From the NCBI GenBank assembly GCA_040285825.1, contig JAUPSS010000007.1, forward strand, positions 458,501 through 522,500: a DNA stretch of 64,000 nucleotides, read 5' to 3'. The notes beneath the pieces were generated by a model. That model saw only the letters and a list, made by a program, of their open reading frames with translations. It did not search any database and was not told the origin of the DNA. Origin of the DNA: Eukaryota sp. TZLM1-RC (lineage: Eukaryota > Protista > Metamonada: BaSk clade). Shown one piece after another: positions 1 through 12,403 of the stretch. Position 1 is the first letter of the stretch; each line of letters opens with the position of its first letter. A program made the translations under genes and the position numbers.

Positions 1-306
1 TAGGAATGAGACGAAGTATCCAATTAACCCTAACAGCAATGAGAGATAAATGTGTGAAAGCCGAACAATGAAAACCACAGACTTTAAGCAAAAAAAGTTC
101 TATTTAAGTTTATTAAATGTAAATCAAAACAGTAAGTGCAATATTATGTGATAGAGAACTGCAAAAGTGCAACAAATACATGTTTCTGGCAAATGTAAAA
201 TACCACAGAAGACACTGAAACTCAACGCTTGTTTTGTGACAAACCATGGGCTTCTTAAGTGCAATTGTGCTTTTTCCTTTGAGAGGATGAATTAATGATG
301 GGTGAA

Positions 307-1409
307 TTTTTTTTATTTCAATTTAATTTTATTCTAAACCTATAAATCAACATCCAAAAAATCCATCTCTCCCAAAACAAAAACACTAGATGCAACTCTC
401 TCATAGTGAGATCCAAGAGAAAGCAAAGCATCAGAAACTATCTTCAACATCCCCTTAAAAATAGAAAACACAATTCTATTTTGCCAAAACCAACTGTTGA
501 AATTTCTGTTAGTTTTTCTTTTTACAATCATTTCAAAATCATCCAAAAAACGTAAAGCAGTTGGTGCAAGTGAACCAAAAAGGGAAAATACAAATGGAAA
601 CAAATTGTATTTTGCATGCTGTAGACTGGCCAATTTGGACAAAGGTTCATTGTATTTTTTGAATTTAAAATTTTCAGCATTTGAAAGGGGATTATGAATT
701 TCAGAATTAACAAGCCTTTCATTTGAGGCATTACAAGGATCAACAGACATTACATCCAATAAAATGAAGCTTCCATCTAATCCAGGTAATATGACATCAC
801 CTCTATTATTCTTATGAAAATCATTTTCAGCATCAAACAGATTTGACAACAGAGGTTCCAAGAAGGATTCAATTCTATGAGATTTACACATACAATATAA
901 CTGGTCTCTTACAGCATCATGAACCTTGCTTCTAAAAGTAATAAAATGTTTACAATTTAACAAATGAGTAGTTGTAATTTCTCGAGAACATTTACAAATT
1001 AAATTATGAGGTAAATGATCAGGCCAGATAAAGGAACGAAATCTCATATTCGGAGTCCAAGCAGAATCGGATAAGAGAGTACCATAAACTTGTGGAATTG
1101 TTGTTACTAAGGCAGAAGAAGTACTGTCACACATATCTTGTAAAAGATTTGCAAAAGCGGGATTCTTTTTCTTGGCCAAGCCAAGTCTAACATCAAAATC
1201 CAAGCTTTCAAAAATCTTTGACAATTTTTGTTGAAGTTTTTTACAGCAAAACTGTAAATTAAATAGAGATCGGTTTGGAATTTCTTGAATTGATTGAGGA
1301 AAACATTTGGTGCAAATTTGTGGCGGCAATTTTTCAAGTTCACAAGATAACTCATACAAATAAGGACTGCAATTGGGAACTAACAGATGAGAATCATCAG
1401 GAAATCTAC
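307..1409 (-). mobile_element. 5'-truncated non-LTR retrotransposon (REL/CRE-like, family A) with poly(A) tail and 10-bp TSD
   Basis: Encodes a CKC..HLLNC..RSKVHDAVRD zinc knuckle and RGD..D..E..K..KY REL endonuclease motifs. Near-identical to 10998-12403. T8 (minus-strand poly-A) at 307-314. TSD GATGGGTGAA at 297-306 and 1410-1419. Confidence 0.9.
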
Positions 1410-1644
1410 GATGGGTGAAATCATTTTGAATATCCAATAACGTATTATCCAACGTTATAATTGAGTCAACGACTACATATCTTTATAGTAGTGCAGCTTG
1501 TAGGTCCTGTCCTTCACAAGATTTGGCCATTTGCATTGATCTTCTTTCCTTCTTTCATTTTTTATTGTTTTTTCAAAATTGATAAAGAAATCCTACACAT
1601 TACATTAAAAAAGCACTTCTAGCTTCTTGGATCCCGTTCTTACC

Positions 1645-4600
1645 ATGCCAGAGCCTCCAGAACCTCTTTCAGTTTCTGTACTTCTCAGTATTGATACACC
1701 TCAATATCCTGCCTGGCTCACACGCCTTCCTCGTGCTGGAGAACTTATCAAGGACGATTCTGACTCTGAACCTGAATCCAATGAAGAAATCGTGCGTCTC
1801 CCTGTGTTTTCACTAACCCAAGGCGAAACTTATCCTCGATACTCGCAGTTCCATGGACAAATCCCTTGAATTGATGGCAAGATCTTCAATCTCTAAGACT
1901 CTTGATGCGAACTTCTACACTACCCTCTCTGGGCCTCCTCCTTCTGGTGAACCTCTCCACATTCTCTCCAGACACACTGCACTCGGCCCCGTTCTCTCTG
2001 AACAAAAATACTATTCCATCCTTGAAGAACGTCTTTCCCAACGCAGGATACAATTTCACACAGAAAGCTTTCCTCTGGAGGAAGAACCTCTTGCTCATAC
2101 TCTCGTCAACATGTCTGCTTCTATGGTAGACAAGAAACTTAGTCTTGTACGTAAACAATTGCCCAGAGCTGCTAAAGGTACGTTTTCTATTTATTATAAT
2201 TAATTACAGGTAGATTGTTAAAGTATAAAGAATTAAGACGACAGACACGTAATATCGCGCTGGCAGCTGTTAAGGAGCAGAAAAGAAGAGAATTGAGGTT
2301 GGTCAGAACTGGTGTTGCCCAATCAAGAGCAAAGAAACTAATGAAGGAGGTGCAATCGTTTTGGCGGAAAAGTTCGAAAACTTCGGCGCCAAAAAAAGTT
2401 TGTTACCCTAACCCTAACCCTAACTATAGGTACGTAAAACTGATGAGCAAAAAGCCATGGAAAAACGTATGGAGGAAGAACGAGAGGCGAGGCGACAACA
2501 AAGAAAACTAAACTTTTTGCTCACACAGACAGAATTGTATTCGCATTTTCTACTTCGAAAAGATGAACAACAAACCACTGATGACGTGGCAGTTGATGAC
2601 GTGACAGGGGTTAGTTTGTCTTATGATGATGATCACTATAATGAGGAGGATGCAAAGAGATTGGCATCAAAGTGGGCAGAAGAAGCAGCTAATAAGCATT
2701 TAAATGAACTTTCTGCTTTTGGTCAATTACCAGATCAACAACAGTTGATTGAAAAACAAAAGGAGAAACAAATGGAAAAGGAAATGCAAAAGCAAATTGA
2801 ACAGGAAATGGAAGCTGAATCACAAGAAATACAAGAAACCTCCGAGGGATCGGAGGACACTTCAGATCCCTCTTCTTTGTTATATACCAATATTCAACAA
2901 CCAGATATGTTCTCCGGAACGCTCAAACCTTATCAATTAAAGGGACTAAATTGGTTGGTTTCTCTCTATGATCAGGGAATTAATGGTATATTAGCAGATG
3001 AAATGGGCTTGGGAAAAACAATCCAATCTATTTCTTTTTTGGCGCATTTAGCTGAAACAAGAGGTTTGGTTTGAATTAATTCATTCATTCTTATTTCAGG
3101 TATTTGGGGTCCTTTTGTCGTTATCGGCCAGAACACAATTCTCCACAACTGGGAAGAAGAAATTTCTAAATTTGCCCCAAAACTCAAAGTTGCTCCGTAC
3201 TGGGGTGGACCAAAGGAACGAAAAGCCATTAGGACAATGTTTAGTCAACGAAAAAACCCCCTTGGTGAAGAAAACTCTCCATTTCATATACTAATTACTT
3301 CCTATCAATACGCTGTTCAAGATGAGAAACATTTCAAGAGAGTTCCATGGCAGTTTATGATCCTAGACGAAGCTCAAGCGATTAAAAGCCATTCTAGTCA
3401 ACGGTGGAAGAGTTTATTGTCATTTAAATGTAGAAACAGATTGTTGCTCACTGGAACCCCTATTCAGAACTCAATGGCTGAACTGTGGGCATTATTGCAC
3501 TTTATTATGCCTTCTCTGTTTGACTCTCATGATGAGTTTGAAGAGTGGTTCTCTAAAGGAATTGAGAACCAAGCCGAAAGTCAGCAACAAGAGAGTCAGC
3601 ATTTGAAAAGATTGCATTTGATCCTTAAACCATTCATGCTGAGGAGAGAAAAGAAGGATGTAGAGAGTGAAATGACTCCAAAAATAGAAATAGTACTCAG
3701 ATGTGACCTATCTAACAAACAAAAAGCCTTGTATGAATCTCTCAAAAATTCCCAATCAGTTTCTCAATCACTTAACCAATCATTTAATCAATCAGCTGTC
3801 AAGGAGGAGTCTGAAACGCTATTAAACTTGGTTATGCAGCTCCGAAAGGTTTGCAACCATCCTGCCATGTTTGAACGATCAGAGACTAAGTTTCCTTTTT
3901 ATTTTACATCACCTTACCCAACTTTACCATCGGCCGAACCTTTACAAGGAAGTCACTCGGTTAATTTCTCTGTTCCTGAAACGTCAACAGTCGCGATTGG
4001 TCAAGGTCAATATCGACTTTATGACCGTACCTTTAGGTCTAGTGTTTTTGATGATTTGGTAGCTTTTCCAAGATGCTTTTTGGATTTATTTGAGGAGATT
4101 TTCGGCAATAGTACTAGCAAAGGAAGTCAATTGAAGTCATGTGTGTGGTTTGAAATGCTGACCTTGCTAGGTTTGACTTTTAAAGAAACTAGAGAGTTTC
4201 TGAGTCTGGTTTATGATTTGCCATTAAAATGGCAGTGGTTTCAATCAAAATTAGGTGAATTTGAACGAAATTCGTTGTTAGTAAATTATTTACTGGAAAA
4301 TGGCTTTGTAACCAGCTTTATGAGCCTGATGCACCCATTTATTCAAAATTTCGCAAGACAGCGTGAAATTTTAGATCCGATACAGGAAAAGATCACAAAG
4401 ACGTGCGGAAATGTCAGTTTTGCTAATGGATTATGTTTTTCAAGGGTTTTGGCACCTGAGCCCAAAATTTCGTTTTCTGATCCCACACTGATCCCTTCTT
4501 GGACCAGAAGAGATCACTTGACAATTCCTGACAAGCTTGGTCAATCATTTTTCCAATCATTCTCGACTCAAATTGATCTTCCAAAATTAGCTTCTATACT

Positions 4601-5189
4601 TGCTGATTCTGGAAAAATTCAAGCTTTGGATGAACTTTTAGTTCAACTCAAAAGTGAGGGTCATCGCTGTTTAATTTATTCCCAAATGACGCGAATGCTT
4701 GACATTTTGGTCGACTATCTGATCCTCCGAAAGTTTCCTTTTGTCAGATTAGATGGATCTTCTTCGACCGAAGAACGCAGAGATGTGGTTCGTCAATTCC
4801 AAACAGATAGTTCAATCTTTTGCTTTTTACTATCCACAAGAGCTGGTGGTATCGGTATCAACCTTACAGCTGCTGATACTGTTATCTTTTACGACTCTGA
4901 TTGGAATCCTACAAATGACCTCCAAGCAATGGATAGAGCCCATCGGCTTGGGCAAACGAAGCAAGTTACTGTTTATAGACTAATCACCAAGAACACCATT
5001 GAGGAACGTATTCTTTCGAGAGCTCAAGTTAAAGATCGAATGAGAGCTTTTGTTTTGGAAGCCGATAAAATGTCTGGTCAAACAGCAAGAGAGTTACTCA
5101 TGGATACCAGTGAGGATTTGGAATTAGATGTGGGGAAGAGAAGATCCGAAGATGATGTTGTGGAAGAAAAAAGATTGAATGTGGGTTGA
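1645..5189 (+). CDS. INO80: INO80 chromatin-remodelling ATPase; join(1645..1791,1823..2177,2210..2397,2430..3063,3100..5189), ~1137 aa
   Basis: DBINO motif [26 protein letters not shown]2 motifs [32 protein letters not shown]. Split ATPase with a long insertion, then [21 protein letters not shown]. Four GT-AG introns (31, 32, 32, 36 nt) join the ORF pieces in frame and restore GIWGPF. Confidence 0.93.
2406..2424 (+). repeat. (CCCTAA)3 telomere-type repeat inside INO80 intron 3
   Basis: ccctaaccctaaccctaac lies within intron 2398..2429. Confidence 0.85.
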
Positions 5190-5364
5190 AATGGTTTGTT
5201 TTTGCTTAGTGTTTTAAATTTTTGATATTGGCATCAAATGTTTTTTATTTGATTTTTTTGGGAATTAAGGTGTTATTAAATAATAAATTTTAATAAATTT
5301 CAATAATATATTTTGCCCAAGTGTTTCATTATTAATAATCAGCATACGGAGGTGGCATTTAATG

Positions 5365-6897
5365 AAACTTTTTTCTAATACGTTGATTACGAGGAAGATG
5401 CTATTCGGTTTCTTGGATCTTATTTTGGAAATAGTGAAAAAGTTAAATCGATTTTGTCAGGTATTTTGGAAAAAATCGAAGAGCAACTTTTGGCTAATCA
5501 AGATCTAGAAATTGACAAACATTTAGCGTTTTCGGTCCTAAATGTGTGTTTTGGATCAAAAATTAATCATCTTCTTCGTTCTTTATCTCCCACAATTTCT
5601 CATGATTTTGCACGTCAATTCAATACTTTGAGAACAAATTTCTTAGGAAATTTAGTAGAAGTTTGTCCATCTAAAATTCCTTATCATGCATTTTTTAGTC
5701 CTAAATTTGGTGGAGTTGGTTTTTCAAAAGCAGAGTATTTATGCAAAAGTGCTTTTATTGGTGGTATGAAAAATTTTCTTTTTGAATGGAAACTTCGTTT
5801 TGATCATATTCCTTTAAATGAATCACATCCTTTATTAATTTCTCTTGAAAAAATGGTGCAAGAACTACCTGTTGATATTTGGAATAGGAGTTTTCCTTTA
5901 AGTTTGCCTGCTGAGCCTTCGAGATCTTTCACCAACCTTCATCTTGCTGTTGTGAAATTACAGAAGTCTGTTCTTATTGGTTTTGAAGACCTGGATTTTT
6001 CTAAACGACTTCGTGTGACTAAGATTAACAATCCCGTCTTTGCTTCCTTTTTATCAGACATTCAGAACTGTACTTGTTTAATATCTCAGCAAACAAGGCC
6101 ATTTGGTCTTCACTTAACAAATGAAGCTTGGAAACAAAACATGCGGTTGAGATTAGGGATGTATCCAAGTGGTCTTTTGGACAATTCTTATTGTATTTGT
6201 AAGAAAAACCTACTGCAAATTTCCGTCATATTGTGAGCTGTAAGAAATTTCTCCAATATAGGTCAGTTCTTCATAACGCCGTTCGTGATGTGACATATGA
6301 GATGTTCAAGTGTTACAATTTTAGTTGCAAAGTAGAAAGCATTATAGTGATGATAATCTGTTTAATTCACGTCGAGATGATTTAATTGCTCCTTTTGTGG
6401 ATTCCTCTCAAGTTGTTGTTGGTTTCACTACAGTTGATCCCTTTGCTTTTGTTTATCGCGATGATGTTTTACTTAGTACTAATGGTCATTTGAACAAGGC
6501 TGAAGATCGTAAGAGAGATAAATATACTGAGATATTAAATGATTTAAATAAGAACCTTTACTCTAAGTTTTCGTTTGTTCCTTTTGCCTTTTCGATTTTT
6601 GGCAACATTGGACAATCTGCCTTGAATTTCATCAATGATTTTGGTAATTTATGTCGTTCAAGTGGTAAGAATTTTGCAGAGAATTTATGGAAGAATCGTA
6701 TCATTTTCGCCTTGTACAGAAGTTTTCCCAAGTACTTGAGTTTAATGATGTCCAAACTTTATAAGGATTCATCAGGAGTTGGCGTGGAGAATTGTGTTTC
6801 TTATGTGTTTTAGTTTGTTTTGTTTTTATTTGATTTTTCGTAGAAAATATATAAATATTTAATAAATAAATAATAATAAATAATATGAATAAATAAT
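5365..6897 (+). mobile_element. Degenerate 5'-truncated REL non-LTR retrotransposon (family B), frameshifted
   Basis: RT C-terminal remnant (IRFLGSYFG, KINHLLRS, FGGVG), CIC..H..C knuckle and RRDDL..E..KRDKY..FVPFAFSIFG REL. Split into ORFs 5454-6236 and 6325-6813. AAT/AATA-rich tail at ~6860-6897. Boundaries approximate. Confidence 0.8.
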
Positions 6898-7080
6898 ACC
6901 GGTGAGGTGGATAGAAACAATGTATAATTGGTTGTTAGGATAAGATAAAATTTGAAAGAATTAAACATAAATTAAAAGATTTTATTCACCCGTTTTTACT
7001 TGTCGTCGAGCTCTTCTAACAGGTCAGGAAATTTTTCATTTCGAGACTGGTCCTCTAAACTGGTCCTCGAGACTAAAACT

Positions 7081-8050
7081 CTATTTTTTGATTAGATTCA
7101 AGAGCACGAGCAAGTACACAAGCTCCTTCATTGTCAATTTTGCCAAGGATTTATAACCCACATCCAACCTGGTTCTGGTGCCATCGATGATTTCCTCCAA
7201 ACCGTCTTTCACATAATTCCCTAAGCTATTCCAATCAACCATTGACTTGATTTCATTGAGAATGCTGGAACCTTTAGAACTAGTGTTAAGTTCAAAAGGA
7301 GTCATTCATGGCTGATGACTCACAGCAGGTCTTCTGATCGGCTTTGAAACATTATTTACAGGTTGAGGTGCATTCACCTTCTTTAACTTGCTTATTTCCA
7401 CTTTGGCAGCTTCCAAATTCCTGGATAGTTCCTCAATTCTTTTCTGCAAGGTTTGGTTTTCAGTCCTGTCCCCATTAAGTTCAGCTTTCTGCTGCTCTTT
7501 AGCAATTTGGTCTCTTTCGGCAGAGCTTTGGTCTAATTGTTGCTGGAGACCAACAATTCTATTCTCATTGGCAACATTAGCATGAGCAACTGCTCTTTCA
7601 ATGTCAGAATTGGATGATCGATGGTGAATTTGGTTAGATGTAGAGACCTGGTTAGGTGTCTTCTAGGCCCAAAGAATCTTGTAATGATTCCAAAACATTG
7701 ATTACTTCGAAAATACAAGGTCTCTCATTAGACTCTTTACGGCAACATCTGGTGATCAACTCTTTCAACGGTAGAGGTACATTAGCAGGAAAGGGGAGTG
7801 GCTTATCATTCATCTTCGCTCCAAAAACAAATTTTTGATTCCAAAAAATACATGGTAAAATATAAAGCCATGAACAATTTATTGAATGGTCCCAGTGGAA
7901 TGCTCCAAAAGTGTGCACCGGATGTATTGCTATCACAACAGGGAATCCAGTTATTTTACAATCACCGTGTCAAGACGTGATCACGTTGCAGGAGTACGAC
8001 AATGTCCATACTGAAGGCTTGTGACATGTCACATAGCTCCTTCATGTCAA
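7081..8050 (-). pseudogene. Protein kinase pseudogene (C-lobe remnant followed by a coiled-coil tail)
   Basis: PLPFPANVPLPLKELITRCCRKESNERPCIFEVINVL resembles kinase subdomains X-XI. Broken by frameshifts and stops. Boundaries approximate. Confidence 0.55.
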
Positions 8051-8739
8051 AATCCAAGGGATTGTTGTTTAAATAAATGTCAATAGCCCTTCAACTTTAA
8101 CATGAATTTGGTTTCAAAATTTCCAAAATAGGCTAATATTAAGGGCCGATGCACATCAATCTAGAATGTCACATGTTTTTTCAAATCTTTTTTCAAATCA
8201 TTTTTCACCATGAAATGTTGAATGTAGTGTTCATGGAATAAATTACTCCCTCCAACCAATTGTGACGCGTTTTGATGGTAAATTTTCTTATTCTACCGTT
8301 ACACCAGAAACTTTGGTCAAAACTGTTCTTCAGGTAGCATTTTGTGTGATGTAAAGATTTTAATTTCAACTACCATTTTTTAGGCCACAAACACAACATT
8401 TTTCTCTACTGTAGGTTATATGACTAAAGCAAAATGCCTTAAAATCCCAAGTAAATTGGCAATTGTCATCGAACCTTTTGTCAATTGCACTTCAAAATTA
8501 TCAAAACAAAATTTTCGATATTATAAACCAATGCATGTTCAAAAAAAATTCAACAAATTACCGGAAACTTAGGGATGGGACGTTCTAATGCGGAATTAAT
8601 TCTCGATGAACCGAATTACTGCGGAAATTAATGGATATGAATAATGAATGTGTCTAATTATCATTTCGTATTCCAGACAAGTTTGATAGACTACTCTATA
8701 ACATTGAAAAACTTATTTTAAGTACCGTTTTTAGGGTCA

Positions 8740-9250
8740 GATCAAACTGATGATTCTTTTGGTAAAAGAAGGGCAGATTAAGTAGCTCCAGGAATCGATA
8801 GTTTCTCAATGTTGTAGATGTTGTCTCAGTTGATGTTTGCAACAATTCTGCTGCTCGATTAGTGTATTCCGCTGATTCTCCGTTATCTAACGCCGAAAAA
8901 AGAAGATAAAAAAATATGAAGAACCTTTGGCTCAGTTAGGTAGAGTGGAACATGTGAAATATCAGCTGGTGCCGTTTGCAATTTCTCTTTTTGGCAATAG
9001 TGGACCTTCAGGGTTGTACTTTTTTGAACCTTTAAAAAAAGTGATACTGAATAGGTCTAGTAAAACAATGAATTGCACTTTCTGGTTGAATAGAATTGTT
9101 TTTTTGCATTTTCAAGTCTATTCCAGCAATGATTTCCAAGACGCTTTTAGCCATTGGTCTAGAATATGAACGTAATGCTGTGAGTAGGTTTAGTAATAGT
9201 GACGCTTGTTTGGAGGATATTGAATTCTAGTTATTTTTTTCTCAATAAAT
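8740..9250 (+). mobile_element. 3' fragment of REL non-LTR retrotransposon (family C), frameshifted
   Basis: Motifs KRRADLVAPG, KYEEPLAQLGRVEHVKYQLVPFAISLFG, FWLNRIVF; ends ACLEDIEF*. Homologous to 24934-25237 and 59935-60350. Confidence 0.75.
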
Positions 9251-9962
9251 ATTCCAGTTAAAAGAAGTTTTTAGGGTCACATTGAAAGTGATGTTCTTTA
9301 CTTCAAGTTTAATTCTAGCGCACAACGCATTCAATTGTAGCTCTTATTGCTTAATTATTCATGTAGATACTACAAATTTGCCACTTTCTGTACTAATTAT
9401 GCTCATCTTATATTATTTTAGAGAATTTTCTTTGAATGATCACATACGATTGTTTAATTTTGACAGTTGGAATAAATACATACATCAGAAAATAAAATAT
9501 ATCAAATACAAGCAATTCCTCTTGGAAGATCTCAACAAACAAATATTTTGTTTGAAACTGTCACTAGTAGAGGATTGAAATGTCTCATCATTTGAACAAT
9601 TTGAAGTTTCCAAAATATTGCACATTTGCAGAAAATTCCCTCATCATTATCAATGCAACTTGCTTTCTTTCCATCCAAGAAATGTGGTGATGTATTTAAA
9701 GAGATCATTCCCAAAAACAAACAAATTCTAGGATTTTTGGCAGTAAACAATAAACATCAATAAACATCAAATAAATTGAAATTTGAAACCATTATATTGA
9801 CACTGTTGTGGACATTTGTTTATATTGGACAATTGAAGTTCATGAAGAAATATTCGAAAGCTGCTTCCAACAACTTGAACAATCATTTTAAACCAAATCC
9901 ATTCAAAAACTTTATGACCGCCAAAACCAATTATCTACAAAGCTAACCGAACTATTTCCGAC

Positions 9963-10911
9963 CTAATAAATGCAAGTGGAGATACAACTTCCTATTGTTT
10001 GATCCATATTCCGCTGCACGACATCCAAGCATTCATTCTCCAAAGCTCTTTTTGGATCAGTCTTGCCAACATTTTTCACTTCTAATTCCTTTGGTGTTGA
10101 TTCCATTTCTTCTGACAAGCGACTGCAATACTCCTTGGCTAGAGAAGACAACTTGTTTAGTGATGCCTTGTTTTTCTCGTGTAGCAAACCAAAATCATTC
10201 AATCTCAATGCTGAAGATCTTCTGGTCCTGCCCATATTCAAAAGCATATCTTGCTCGTATTCACTCTTCCTGTAGTCAATCACCATGTTATAGTACTGTC
10301 TACCCAGGCCTCTGATCAAAGCCGAGATATTGGGTTTCATTAGACCACCAACATTAGAAGTAGTTTGCCGAGATTCTTGGTTGGTGAGGAACGTCTGTGG
10401 AGAAATAGTTCTGAAAGCATCAATAACAACCTTACCCTTGACTGATTGTATGGGATCAACGACCACCGCAATGGCACGCTTATCAAGTTGTTCCATGGAC
10501 TGCTGTGTGTTGACGTCGACAGAGGAAAGCCAACAACCAAAACCCTGTGGTGAGGAGAAGATCAGGAAGGGGAGAACATACAGGGTGGGAGTGATACCAG
10601 CCAACTACTGATTCAGATCGACCCGTACGTTTTAGCATTTCCATCATTTGTTGCTGGAAGGCTGAATCGATAGCTTCAACGGACATTGCTGTACCCGATT
10701 GGGGCATTGCAAAGACGTCAGTTATACGGACTGTGTATTCATCAACAAACTCGCCCAGCATGAGACCCATGACTTCCATTGGCACACCGGCCCGACCATG
10801 TTTGAGCATTTTGAGTAATGCAAGAGAGGATATGTAGAGTGTTTCAGAAGTGTCAGGAGCACTAGTTTGTGGTTCGGCAGACATGCCTCCAAGTAAAGAT
10901 GCGAGATCCAT
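9963..10911 (-). CDS. RPN11: 26S proteasome lid deubiquitinase RPN11/PSMD14; complement(join(9963..10544,10582..10911)), 303 aa
   Basis: [27 protein letters not shown]. The JAMM motif WYHSHP|[10 protein letters not shown] is restored by a 37-nt intron (GTATGT...CACAG, 10545-10581). [18 protein letters not shown] follows. Confidence 0.96.
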
Positions 10912-10997
10912 GATTAAAGATAATCAGATAAGGAGAGTGTGATGTAATGTTTTTGGAAATTCCAAAAAAGAGAGAACAAAGTCAGGTCGGCCGATCT

Positions 10998-12403
10998 TGA
11001 TTCAATTTCTTCTTTAGATATAGAAAAGCATATTAAATTTTTCATGCTTAAAATTTGCTACACTGGGAGAATAACCCACATTTTGAGATCTTGTGCTCCT
11101 TCCATAGCATTAGATTTTTGTCGTTCTTTTAATTCATTGAGAACAGAATTTTTTGCTGATTTATTGGATGTAGAACCAGGAATGTTGAAAAGCCATTTAT
11201 TTTCTTCAGCAAATTTGGGTGGTATTGGTTTTACTAAATCTTCAATTTTGTGTCAATCAGCATTCTTGGGTGGTGGCACAAATTTTATTTATGAATTTTC
11301 TCGTAGATTTCCTGATGATTCTCATCTGTTAGTCCCCAATTGTAGTCCCTATTTGTATGAGTTATCTTGTGAACTTGAAAAATTACCGCCACAAATTTGG
11401 ACCAAATGTTTTCCTCAATCAATTCAAGAAATTCCAAACCGATCTCTATATAATTTACAGTTTTGCTGTAAAAAGCTTCAACAAAAATTGTCAAAGATTT
11501 TTGAAAGCTTGGATTTTGATGTTAGACTTGGCTTGGCCAAGAAAAAGAATCCCGCTTTTGCAAATCTTTTACAAGATATGTGTGACAGTACTTCTTCTGC
11601 CTTAGTAACAACAATTCCACAAGTTTATGGTACTCTCTTATCCGATTCTGCTTGGACTCTGAATATGAGATTTCGTTCCTTTATCTGGCCTGATCATTTA
11701 CCTCATAATTTAATTTGTAAATGTTCTCGAGAAATTACAACTACTCATTTGTTAAATTGTAAACATTTTACTACTTTTAGAAGCAAGGTTCATGATGCTG
11801 TAAGAGACCAGTTATATTGTATGTGTAAATCTCATAGAATTGAATCCTTCTTGGAACCTCTGTTGTCAAATCTGTTTGATGCTGAAAATGATTTTCATAA
11901 GAATAATAGAGGTGATGTCATATTACCTGGATTAGATGGAAGCTTCATTTTATTGGATGTAATGTCTGTTGATCCTTGTAATGCCTCAAATGAAAGGCTT
12001 GTTAATTCTGAAATTCATAATCCCCTTTCAAATGCTGAAAATTTTGAATTCAAAAAATACAATGAACCTTTGTCCAAATTGGCCAGTCTACAGCATGCAA
12101 AATACAATTTGTATCCATTTGTATTTTCCCTTTTTGGTTCACTTGCACCATCTGCTTTACGTTTTTTGGATGATTTTGAAATGATTGTAAAAAGAAAAAC
12201 TAACAGAAATTTCAACAGTTTGTTTTGGCAAAATAGAATTGTGTTTTCTATTTTTAAGGGGATGTTGAAGATGGTTTCTGATGCTTTGCTTTCTCTTGGA
12301 TCTCACTATGAGAGAGTTGCATCTAGTGTTTTTGTTTTGGGAGAGATGGATTTTTTAGATGTTGATTTATAGGTTTAGAATAAAATTAAATTTTACAAAA
12401 AAA
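10998..12403 (+). mobile_element. 5'-truncated REL/CRE-like non-LTR retrotransposon (family A), intact 3' ORF, poly(A), 14-bp TSD
   Basis: Open 442-aa ORF 11044-12372 (RT thumb LGGIG, CCHC-type knuckle, REL). A-tail at 12397-12404. TSD AGGTCGGCCGATCT at 10984-10997 and 12404-12417. Confidence 0.92.

Noticed and set aside
1410-1452. N-terminus (MDNTLLDIQNDFTH) of the 370-aa ORF as a real gene start
   Set aside because: It lies beyond the element's 5' junction and TSD and starts at TTG; it is chance read-through of flanking DNA.
5341-6910. Possible TSD for the family B copy (atacggaggtgg / ataccggtgaggtgg)
   Set aside because: It needs indels to align and is too degraded to call.
8570-8640. 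hAT-like terminus TAGGGATGGG followed by GCGGAA(A)TTA repeats
   Set aside because: I found no matching inverted end, TSD or transposase in the window.
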